Positions 1 through 11,900 of a stretch of DNA of 64,000 nt are shown here, one piece after another. This DNA is from Stylophora pistillata. Lineage: Eukaryota. The stretch spans positions 415,010-479,009 of the forward strand of contig NW_019217887.1 of the NCBI RefSeq assembly GCF_002571385.2. Direction: 5' to 3'. Numbering within the stretch: position 1 is the stretch's first letter; the number at the start of each line of letters is the position of its first letter. The position numbers and the translations under genes were made by a program. Under the pieces are notes generated by a model, which worked only from the letters and a program-made list of their open reading frames with translations, ran no database searches and was not told the origin of the DNA.

Positions 1-209
1 GATAATAGTGCATGATATAGCTGTCGTATGTTCATGTTCAAACACGCGTGATAGTTGAAACTATCATCAGCTACAGGGACTTTTTGAACAGGGCTTAAGT
101 TATTTGGAATTTTTTGAACTTTTATTTGTTAGAGAAGCATGAGGTTCAAGCCAGCAAGGATTTGACTAATAGAAGTAAGATATGGTTTTTTTCTTTTATT
201 TTCCCTCAG

Positions 210-3200
210 CTGAAGTTTTAAAGAACAATGGGAAAACCAGCATATTAAACAGAACATCAAGAGCAGTAGCCAACTTGGCAGCTGACGAGCTTAGTGTACA
301 GGTCATGGAGGAGCTCGGAGTTATTCATGAACTTGTTAAATGTTTTACAAAGACATCTGATAGTGATTGCCAACAGTCTGTCTTAAGAGCTCTGAGGATG
401 GTGTGCACAAATTCAGAAAGAAAAAAGGCCATAGTGGATTTAGATGCCATTAAAACCATCATGGAAGTGCTACAATCTGATAAGCCTTCACTAGTGAATT
501 GCTGCATAAAAACTGTAGCAGAACTTACCAAGGAATGTAGTAAGGAATTTGCACAGCAAGTTCAAGATTGCGGTAGTGTCAAATACATTGTTAAGCTTAC
601 CAGCAGTGACCTTTTGCAAGTGAGGAACTCAGCTACTCTGTCCCTAGCAAACTTAGCCCATCATGCTCATGTGCGTGTTTGTATTGGCAGTGAAGGTGGG
701 ATAGAGGCTTTGACTGAACAGCTCAAAAAAGATGAGCTGGGGCATGTTACTGTCAAGGCCATTGAAGGACTTTGCTATTGTTGCAGAGAAGGGATCAACC
801 GCCTAAGGGTGCGTGATTCTTCAGCATTGGAACTGTTATTGAAGATTTTACTGTCAGGAAAGTGGCTGAGTCTTGAGAAAAAGATTGTTGCTGCATTTGC
901 TCAGTTCTGTCACAGTGAAGTAGACTTGGAAATTCTCCTTAATGGAGATCTAGTTCCAGGTCTAATGAATCATCTTAACAGGATTATACATCAAGTACAA
1001 TCCAAAAATGACCATGATGATGACCATGATGATGGTTTAACAGATCATCAATCATTTTCAGCAGACTTCTACACTGATTACTCAATGAGGACAACATCAG
1101 TCAAAAGTGTATTTTCCGATGTTAGTGCAGAGGCGCTGAAGGATGAAACTTTCCTCAAGAAGCTTGAAGAAACAGCAAGGGAGGTCACGGACACAAAAGT
1201 GACAGGCCAACTTTCAAAGTTCAAAAGGAGACTAAAACTAAAGCCTTCACCCATTCCAACCACCCCACCTCCAGGTGTGTGTACCATAGGACAGTCAGTG
1301 TTCAGTTTTGCTTCCAGACAGACTGATACAACAACATTAGTGTCGGTATGCACCTCTTCTCGCAGTGTTTCATCCCTTGCATCTTCCTGGAGTGACTTCG
1401 CAACATTGCGAAGTGCAAGTTGCCCAAGAGTGTTGCCGTCACATCAAGATTTTTCAAAAACACAGAGAGAATGTGATTTACATGAACCAACTGCAGCTCT
1501 AACTTGTGATGATCCTACTTCAATGTGCATTGAAAATCAAACCCAGGTGATGCTAGGTTCCCCAGTTGGCCTACATCCTGCTAGTGGTAGTGTTCAAGGT
1601 GAACCTGTGAAAAAAAGTCCTGTCTCTCCTTTGTCACCAAAGGTTCAGTCTGGGTTGCATCACAATCGGAGTCTTGGCCAAAGTGCTCTTACCTTGCTAC
1701 TGCGTATAGCACATATGACCAATCCAAGCATTCATCTTGTGAACAAGGATTGCATTGGAGTTTTGTTGGATTACCTCTGTTTGGTGAACAATCCTAACCC
1801 CAAGTGTGCACGTATCCTTAATCTTCTGGCTGCAAATCCACTATGTTTCAGAGATTTAATAGTGCATGGAGCTGTGGTTGCCATTCATCACCAGTTGTGC
1901 TTCAGGAATTGTGAATATCAAGAAAGTACTGGCCCACTGAAGCCCTGTGATCCTGATTTAAATGCTTATTCATTTGAGGAACAGAGATTGCCAACACCCT
2001 TCAACAGCCAAAGTTCTGAAGACAGTGTATTCAAACCAAAAGACAAGATCAGCCCTAATGCAAAATACCAGTCTATGTCTTCAGCAACCCAAAGCCATTG
2101 TCAGGAAACAGGAAATCATTTATTAAAGATCCTCTCTAACCAAGCACAAACCCCTTGTGGAAAGGGTGAGATTGAACATATACTTCTCACAGGATCAAAG
2201 GAAGAATGTGAAGACTGTGTGCTTGCCTTGCCACTTCTATGCAGGTACTTACATGTGGTACTACATTTTGCCTATGTTAAACATTAGGTCCTTGCCTCAT
2301 CAAAGACATTTAATTTGGGATAGTGTTTGTCTTCATTGACAAGTTCACCTTTTGTTGATACATTTTTGAAAACACTGTCCTCTACACAGTGGCCAGTGAC
2401 ATGAAGCTGCCTACCTTTATAGTAAATGCAGGGGTGGTACAGGTCCTGGAATATTATTTTGACATTTCCTGGGACTGGATTGTCTTAAAAAAAGACTACA
2501 GGTCTTGGAAAGTCATCTATATATGCTCAACTGAAGCAAAAAAGTTTCACAATTTGTTTTATTCAGTGAGAAGTGCATGTGGTGTAATGAAAATTGATTT
2601 TGAAATCTTGGGAATAAAAGGCCCGGGAAAATTTAATCTGAGTCCTGGAAAAGTCTTGGAAAGTCTTTGAAATTTGATTCTGAAAAAGGTGATGAACCAT
2701 GTAAATATAGAATATGTCCCACTGGGCATTTTGCCTCTTCCCCACCCTTTTCTTCAGCATGGCCTATTTGTACCATGTTAAAACCAGTAAAGGGCAAATG
2801 TGCTCACCATGCCTAGTTTTCAAATACCTAGTTTATTGTTTGAAAGACTTGTATACCCAAAAGAAGGCTTTTTACAGTTTGTGTTTACTGCATTTTTGTG
2901 TCCAATGGCATTACATCAAGTACATGAACCATCACAGGATCTTTCAGGGACCAAAAAAATGCTAAAAATGTTTATTTTCATATTTTCTAGGACCACTAAA
3001 CTGAGACAACAAATGCTTGTTGATAGGAAGGGCTTAAGGATGCTGTGTGATATTTTCAAATCACTCTCTCCAACTGGTAAAACCTTTCCAACTGTTGTGG
3101 AGTCTTTGATAGTTTTGGCGAATGAGTTACAGCTAAAGTTCCCCTCGAATGTTACAAGGAAGGAAGGTGAAGGTATTTCTAAAGATCTGACTTCATCAAC

Positions 3201-3942
3201 CAATGAAGAAACAAACCTAGAGGCTTCTGATGATCTGCACCAAAGGAAAAAGCTGAAAAAGGATTTCAGCAACATCCAGGCTTCATCCTCAAATGATGAG
3301 AAAGATTGTTTGTCATGCCTGTACCATGCAAATTCCCTTGGTCTTCCCGATGCTACATTTGTAATGGACAACGGGGATAAAGTTGTGGCACACAAACAAC
3401 TTATGATGTCAGCCTCTGATTTCTTTGCTGCCATGTTTTCAGACAGTTTCTTAGAATCAACACAGTCTGACATCTCTCTTCAAGACATTTCTGTGGATGT
3501 CTTTGGATTTGCATTACATCATATGTATGGATGCAAGATAATTCCAAATGAACAGATCTCTAGTGAAATGATTTCATCTCAGTCATGCTGTGACGTGTTA
3601 AAAAGAAAAGTTATGGAAATTCAAATGAATCACGATGAACTACAGTTCTTTTTAGAGCTGTTAACACTTGCTGACAGGTTTTTTTTGGACAAACTGAGAA
3701 CCCTTTGTGAGAAATTCCTGGTTAATTTAATTAATGCTTCCACTGTGCTGCAGGTGTACAATTATGGTTATCAATGTAATTCTCCACAGTTGTGTTTGCT
3801 TTGCCTTACATACCTTCTGACCATCAACCCATCCAATTTGCCAAATCATATGTATATATTCAAAGAACTGTTCCTTAGTAGTGAACAAGGACATCTTGCA
3901 GATCAATTGTATGAAATACTCCTTTCTCATTTAAAACATTAA
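210..3942 (+). CDS. ARMC5: Armadillo repeat + C-terminal BTB protein (ARMC5); last two exons, 5' end lies upstream of the window
   Basis: Exons 210-2244 (after ttccctcag, donor gtactt) and 2991-3942 (after tattttctag) join in frame as ..LLCR|TTKL.. ARM repeats (SILNRTSRAVANLA, VRVCIGSEGGIEAL) plus a BTB domain (DATFVMDNGDKVVAHKQLMMSASDFFAAMF) match the ARMC5 architecture. Confidence 0.88.
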
Positions 3943-5082
3943 TATACAGCCTTTAATGGTACCAGACAATTTGCTTATGCGCACAGGAGACCCTCAGTCA
4001 TTGAAATTGGTATCTTAATCCAAAATATGTGTAAATCAATTTGCCGCTTCAACATCCTTCTCCTCTGTTCATACAAGCACTTCTAAGTTCAGTTTTATCT
4101 GCATGTAACAAGTTGCACAATTGTAATCTTTCAAATGAATCATCTTGTAATCTGAATTGGGAGACCAGAAAAGAGTAAATTTGTTGGCAGAATTCACTTA
4201 CAACTGTATTAAAAAATTCATTTGTCTTTCATAAACCCACAACAAACACTTGTTTAAAAAACATATTATTTTAAAAAAAAGTATATATTATCATGTAAGT
4301 TAAAATGTAATTAGATAATAAATATTTAAACACTCAGGTAGTTTGAATTTGAAGTGATTGGTATTTCATTTGGCATGCAGAGCAGTTACATTGTTCCAGT
4401 TAATTTTTTCTGGCAAGGTTTTATGTCATTTTTCAGGGGGTTGCACAAAGTAGGTCTGCCTGGCCAACTGCAGCTGCAGCGCTACGCAAAGATAAGGGGT
4501 GGGTGTTGGCAAACAGATAAAGGATTGACTTTCAGGAATCTAAAAATGTTTGACATTTGATACCTCGGAATATGACCTTAGACAGACAAAAACAAAAACT
4601 TGAACTGGCTTTTTAAAGACCCGATTTTTGGCAGATTATTTACACACTAGCGTAGCCAGTACGTGCTCGTGCCACTAAGTTGAAATGATTTATTCTGTAT
4701 TTTTGTAACTTTCTATTTTTTAGTGTTTTTTTAATTCATAATGGGTTGCGTCTCGCATGGGACTTTACGTCCCGTTCGTGCCCTCCCTTTTGGGTGCAGT
4801 TTTATCTCAGTTTCTCTTCTGTTTTCTATTTGTTATTGTGTTATTGTACTTTTGCCTTGCTTAAATATTTATCTGATATGCCCAATAAAGTCGTTAAAAA
4901 AAAGGTAGTTCTAAGGATTAGACAACAAATTATCTCCAAAATTTTCATTGATAGCAGGCCTGTTGGGTCCAGCTGCTGTTCGTGTAACCTTATGGAACCT
5001 TGTTCACAAAGAAATGAAATTCAATCAGGGAAAAAATTGATCACGTACTAGGTAACCGAGGAGAAAATCACACAAGTCAGAG

Positions 5083-5535
5083 CACAGGGAGCCCACACAA
5101 GCAGCGTGTCTGGTTGTTTGTTTGAAATATAAAGAAATGAACATATGAACTTCATATATTCATTGTATAAAGAAATGTATGGGAGAATATTGAAGAGTCG
5201 TAATATCATAAACCTATATCGAAGAATGTCTATGTTAAGGCTCAAATAAATGTACACCTACCTCACTTGCCGTGTATTGTCGTTTCTGTGGTTCTAAATG
5301 GCATATTTGAGCGATTTGGTAGATTTTGCGTCGACTGTTACTCCACTGTATAAGAAGGTTAGAACCACAGAAACGACAATACACAGCAAGTGAGGTAGGT
5401 TTACATTTATTTTGAGCCTTAACATAGAAATTCCTCGATATAAGTTTACGATATTACGGCTCTTCAGTATTCTCCCATACATTTCTTTATATTTCGAACA
5501 AACGACCAGACATGCCGCTTGTGTGGGCCCCTGTG
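5083..5535. mobile_element. Foldback element with long TIRs (P/Galileo-like), 7-bp TSD
   Basis: Arms 5083-5297 and 5359-5535 are inverted copies; termini CACAGG..CCTGTG; gtcagag at 5076-5082 and 5536-5542. Confidence 0.8.
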
Positions 5536-6319
5536 GTCAGAGCCACCACGAATGAATCAGATGAATAGTTTCTCAGTTTCTTGAGCTTTAGTGAGATCAT
5601 TGAACTGTATTTATTTTATCCTTAACTAACAAGTATGGAAATTAACAATGCAACAGCAAGGCAATTTTTATTTCAGGGGCACGTTCTTTTTTATTTGCTA
5701 AATTAACAGAGGACCAAATGATTCGCAAGTGTAAGTCGCCTTTGGAAATTTGTAGAGTTGTTTTTTCAAACTTCTTTTCCTTGATATCTTGTATTAGTTA
5801 TTTTTTTTCAATTGTTTTTCATTAGAAACTTCACTCTTTTATTTACTTTTGTTTTCTTTCGTAATTATAGTATTTTAATTTATATGAGTACTTTAGGTGA
5901 TTTTCCTTTTAGTCAGAGTCGGGTCAGGTAGCGGTTGCCGTCGCGTATTTGACCCGAGACCCGTCTCTTATCTGGAACAGTGAGTTATGCCACTAAACCC
6001 TTCAACTCCCCAGATCTGATTGTTAATTCTCCCCTCTAGCTGCTACTCATTTCCTTGTAAATTAGTCACAAGGATTTGGTGTTAGATCAAGATTGCATCT
6101 AACTGATAGGTTTGAGAATAATTTCTCATTACCTGTTTGCTGGATAAAATATGGATATTGAGAGGAGAGGTTCCTTGTCAATCACTTCTGGGAGTTAAAG
6201 GGTTAGCCTGGCAATGGGTAGGAACAGTTTTCACATGGATCTTGTTGATGATCATTCTAAACTAGACCTGCCACTCATGTTACATTTTAGAGAGAAAATA
6301 TTATCAGTTTTATAAATTT

Positions 6320-7764
6320 TCAGGAACAGTTCAGATTAAAACCATGTGACAGAATTTTTAGTCTTGGTAAAACATCTCCAGCAATAGCTGACACTTTGAC
6401 TGCGGCTAACCTATCAGCCCTTGTTGCACCAATATTCAAAATCGCTATGGGCTTGCTTTGCCGCCAGGCAGCATCAGCAAAGCGATATGATGAATGCACT
6501 TCAACTGAAGATCCTATGATTAAAACTGAATCAGATTCTTCTAAGCGTTTTTGAATTGAAGACACCATTGGTTTAGGAACAGAGTCACCAAAAAATACAA
6601 CATGAGGCTTAAGAATACCACCGCAGTTAAGGCAAGTAGGTACAACAAAGTCCTTGACTTCATCATCTGAGAGAAAGGTGTCTCCATCAGGTGCATGGCC
6701 ACTTGCAGTAGCCTCCCAGAAAGGATTAAGTTCTTTAATTCTTTGTTGGAGATCATTCCGCAAAGTCAGCTCATTACACCCTAGGCAAGTAACCCTGAAA
6801 GGAACAAGAGAGTTAAGAGGAAGGTAATTAAAGTCACCCCCAGGCATTTACTTCAATCTAAAGTAAGAAGAATACATCAATAGAAAAGAAACCCAGAATT
6901 CCTCTAACTGACTGAATAACAAACTGAATAACTAGCCATTACAAACGCCACACCTAGAGACACAGAGAACATTAAGAAGGAAATATGCCGCATCTTTNTT
7001 GTTATGATACAAACCTTGCTGCCTTTAAAATGTAAATCACTTTGTTATCATGGTAAGCAGTTACAGGTCTCTATCACAACAAGGTCACCTTCAGCCTCAC
7101 TCTGAATCAAAGGCTTGGCAACTAAGTACACAACTGTAAAATGACCTATTTAATTTAACCGTGGTTTAATTCTATTGTGTGTTCGAATTGTCTTCTCCGC
7201 TATACTGTCTAGTAACCTTTGGAGGTTACATTGACAAGGTGAATTAAACAACGAAACAGCCATACACTACCTGTGTGCACAACCATGAAGCTCTGAAACC
7301 CTTTGAGAACCAGCCTTGGTGTGCAGAGCGTCCACATTTTGCGTCACTAGCCAATGCATTTTGCCTATTTCCTCGAGCTCTGCCAAGGCAAAATGGCCTC
7401 TATTCGGTTCTCTTGATGAAAATTCTTCCCAGCCAACATAGTTCCTTGCCCAATACCTCTTTCTATTTGCGGCGCTGTTTAGAAAGTCGGCATACTGGAT
7501 TGGTCGGCTTTCGCTGATTGCGTATAAACCAACATTTTCGGAACGATAATCCCTAATCCCAGATTCCGTGGAAATGCCCGCTCCGGTTATTACGAACAAA
7601 CGTCGACTGCTTTCGATATGATGGTCGATTTTCTTTACAACTTCTTCAAGTTCTTGACCAGTCCTTTCGCATTTGGGTACATAAAGCCTATGAACTGACC
7701 TTCGACACGATCGAAACGGCTTTAGATTGAAGAAAAATCTACAAAATATTTTTGAAGCTTGCAT
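6320..7764 (-). CDS. SIRT4: Mitochondrial NAD-dependent sirtuin 4 (class II), 2 exons
   Basis: Exons 7764-7271 and 6794-6320 join as LHGCAHR|VTCLGC. Motifs [58 protein letters not shown]; basic N-terminal presequence. Confidence 0.95.
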
Positions 7765-8071
7765 ACCCGAGGCCGATCGATTACGTTGCTGTCTGAAAAT
7801 TTTACCGGGAGTGCCTGGTAACTACTGACTCGAAATTATAATGGCGATTTTCCTCATTTGACAACTGCCTCCATGCGTTTTAGTTACATCGAGTGATTCG
7901 CCATTTTATAGAGTTTGGTCGTTTTCTGGGTTCACAGGAGTAGGAGGAAAGATTTACATAAGAGACAAGTCGCACACGAAGGATTATTGGCTTCTGACCA
8001 ATTAAGTTGTACATCGCTCACTACTAACTGTGAATGACCGGTGACTGCGCTCGTACATCGCCGACGCTACC
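7765..8071. promoter_or_regulatory. Bidirectional promoter SIRT4/TMEM116
   Basis: 307 bp, CpG-rich, between divergent start codons. Confidence 0.7.
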
Positions 8072-11000
8072 ATGTCAAACTACATTGGAAGCTCAATTGC
8101 CAACAATACGTCTGTGCAAAAATCTATGTCACTAATATGTCCCATCCAAAGCAATGAAAAGGTATGAAACTTTTCGATAATTATCTCTGCGCAAAAAAAT
8201 AATTCTTTGTCATCTGTAAATTAAGTTGAGCTAAAACCTGTGACGATCCTCCTGAGATTTTCTCATTTATCTGTTTCTTTTTTTCTTCACTTAAATATCG
8301 CAAATTTGTTTTATGTCACAATATTCATTTTTCATTTTTCATCATGTTTTAGTTTCACAGATTTCTAAATTCGACAAGGAAGAGCTGTAATTTTTAATAT
8401 GTTCCTATAGTAACAGTTCGAGCCCCAAGGTTGAATTAAAATTCATCTACAGGGGTATACTGGTTAAGATTTCCACACAGTCCCGTTCTATTGTAAAATA
8501 AAGCTGTAGTCCCAAGGGCAATCAAATTTTTTGCCATTATTGTCTTTATCCAGGAGTCCACACATAGTGAAATAGGGGGCTGTGTGGAAATCTTACTGTT
8601 AACCGCATTGAAAGCAGTTTAAGTAGAGTTTTACTGTCCATGTGCAGACACCTCAATATCACTGATACCTTGCTATGGGGGAAGGGGGTATCTTTAGGAA
8701 CTCTTGTTAAATACATGCTTTCTGTTTCTCTAAATCCTGAACCTGCATCAATCCAAAATATTCTGTTTCATTTTCCAAACCTGTCTCCTGAATTAATGTC
8801 TTAGATCTACACACAATTATTCAAACCTGAGTTCTGAAAGCTGTAGACAGTTGTAGACAGTTCTAAACAGTATTTTGTGAAGTACTATTGAACTCTCTTC
8901 AGTGTTGAACAGAAGGTAGAGGAAATGGTAGAGAGGACTGTTATTGAACAATAAACCTGTTTAGTCTTTAACCTGGTCCACTTAACTTTGAAAACATTAT
9001 GTCAATGACTGCTCAAGCAATCATGTTGAGTGATTTGATGTGTTTGGCCAACCTACTTTTTTATTTTATAGAAAAGGGATATTGCCATTATTTACCTGGT
9101 GACCTCAGGACTAAGGTTTGTTTTGGGTTTTTATTTCACATCACTTAATTAGTATCCCTTTCAAGTGGTAATCAGTAAAATTTACTGTCTGCAGTTGACA
9201 GTTATTCACCCAAGTATAGACGTGACTAGTATTGGATATTAACCAAGCTGTGAAGCCATGAGGTGCATGTCCACCACCAGCCACTGACACTGAATAGTCG
9301 TTTTAGAATATATAAAAACCCTGAGATAATAGAGCACAAAAAAATGATTTAAACTCATTCATTCCTGCAATCATGATAACAGTTCTTTTGGGTGCAAATC
9401 CTTCGTGAGTGGTGGATTGTGAATAGCTAGGGATTTTCAGAGTTTAAATAGCCGATCAACTCACGTTCTCAATGACATCCAGTGTATTAGTATACACTTA
9501 ACCTCTTATTAGATTGCTGGCAGTACCCAATATAGGCAATGCAAAGCAAATCCTGTGTTCTAATTGGCTACTCAGAGTGGGGGGCAAGATGGGCCCATCT
9601 TGCCTGCTTGGGATGGCCCACTTTGGCTTATGCAAAAAAGAAAACTGCTCGGAGCAAACTTACAAAAAAGTTCATAATTTTTTACAGAGTTGGCAATGGA
9701 GTTTCCTAAGCGGTAGTAGAAAGTCTAAATAAAGAAAGCAGAAGTGACTCTTGAGCTACAAACACAGTTTGATTTCTTTCCAGTCTCTCAAACAACTTTC
9801 ATTTTGTAATTCTTGATTCTTACTAAAGCAAAATCTTTTTGTGAATACGATAAATCTTATATTGTCCAAGCTTGTTTGGTCGAGATGGCTGGATATTTGC
9901 CTCATTTGAAAAAAAAGAACTCAGCCAATATCTAGCCAGCTTAAATTTACTGCATGTTAGGTCAATTATGCATATTTATTACCCCAAAATATTTCCAGGA
10001 ATTCTTAAAAATTAAACTGGTTACTGGGTTGCTCTACTAGTCTCCCTTGCAGCCCTTTCCGGCGTCGTCACGGAAGCAAAAACTCCCCCACCAACGGCTG
10101 CTCATATTCAAACAACATTCCTTTCCAGAAATTGGCCAGTGAGCATTTACTTAACATATTGTGGAAAGCATTCGCGTCTCAATAATCAAACCAATCACAG
10201 AGTTCGTATTATCCGACCATTGAAACTGACAAAATGAAGATGCTTTCGACTTAGTGCAAGATACTTTTGGTATTGAGAGCTTGAATTCACATCAGAGAGA
10301 AGCCATAACAGTAATTATAGAGGAGAGAAGAGATGTTTTTATAAATTTTCCTACAGGATTTGGGCAAACAAAACAGCGATCATTATCTGATATTTTCTTC
10401 GGAGTTTCAATGACATCAGATTCCATCTTTAGAAACTAACGCTAACGCGCTTCCTGTGAATTCGCAGGAGTAAATATATTGCATGTTCATTGGTTGTTTG
10501 TCAGACAATAACTTTATTTTGATTGGATAACACATTACAATGGGAAAGGAATGTCGTTCAAATGTGAGCAGCTGTTGGTGGGGAAGTTTTCGCTTGCACA
10601 ACGACGCCGGAAAGGGCTGCAAAGAGACTATTGCTCTACTAGTTTGAAATTTCTTTTACATGTCATAGTTAAAATTAAGGGGAAACATGGGACTGATATA
10701 GTCATACTGACTTCATAGATGTATGGTAGAGATATTTGACTTTGTTTAGGGCAATTTTGTCCTCATGATGTTGCTTTTTTTTTTTTCCAATAGTCTGCCT
10801 TCTGCCTAAAGAATTAAAATGTTTTTTTTAAGCAGACCTTATTCAAAACCCACATCTTGTTGCTCTGACATTTTGTTGTTTTAAACTTTACATTTAAAGC
10901 ATCCTGGGAGCTAGCTCAGTGATCATTTTTTCGGTCTTGAAAAGAATTGTAAGAAGTCCAGAGGTATGTGAAAGTCCTAAATTTTATGACGTATTTAGTC

Positions 11001-11869
11001 AAAAGAGGTTGACCATCAGCACTTTGTGCTGATTTCAACATGTTGGTATTCAATTTATCCTTCAATTTAATTGCCCTGGTGAAAATCCTGTTCAGGATCC
11101 TGTCCAAGATCTTGATAGGATCCTTACTAGGATCCTACCTGAAATCCTATTCAGGATCTTGTACAAGATCCTATGGGATACTTTAGGATCTGGTAGGATC
11201 CTATAGGATCCTACAGGAGTATAAGATCCTATTTTGATGAAACAGGATCCTGTACAAGATCCTGTGAGATATTACAGAATCCTGTACGAGATCCGAACGA
11301 TATAATAGGATCCTGTATAAGATCCTCCAAGATCTAACAAGCAATAACTTTGACAAAGAAATGGGAACATATTACACCTGCATTAAAGAAACTTCATTGG
11401 CTACCCGTTAAGTATCGCATCATCTTCAAAATACTTCTACTTGTCTATAAAGGTCTACATGGCTTAGCTCCAACTTATATTGCTGAATTGTTGCATCAAA
11501 GGAATTATGGCTCTCGTGTACTGCGTTCCTCATCACAAATGCTCCTGATGATGATGACAATCTTTAATGAGGAAACTTTTTCACTAAAAAGTGGTTTACA
11601 AAAAGGACCTCCTGACGGTTCCAAGAACATTCGAAAGAACTATGGTGACCTTGCCTTCTCCATTGCCGGTCCCAAGCTTTGGAACAATTTACCATATTCC
11701 CTGAAAACATCTGAATCTTTTGCAATTTTCAAGAAGAACCTTAAAACATACTTGTTCAATTTGTTTAATTTGCGATTTTTTATAATTTAATTGCTATGTT
11801 AATTAGTCTATAATTTTGTAAAGTGCTATGTACAGAGAACTAGTTGAGCTTAGCGCAATGTAAATGCTC

Positions 11870-11900
<31 letters not shown>

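Noticed and set aside
182-209. ORF-track N-termini of ARMC5 and similar ORF extensions (e.g. 2800-2990, 54627-54759, 56970-57177)
   Set aside because: These are intron sequence read through in frame; clear splice acceptors mark the true exon starts.
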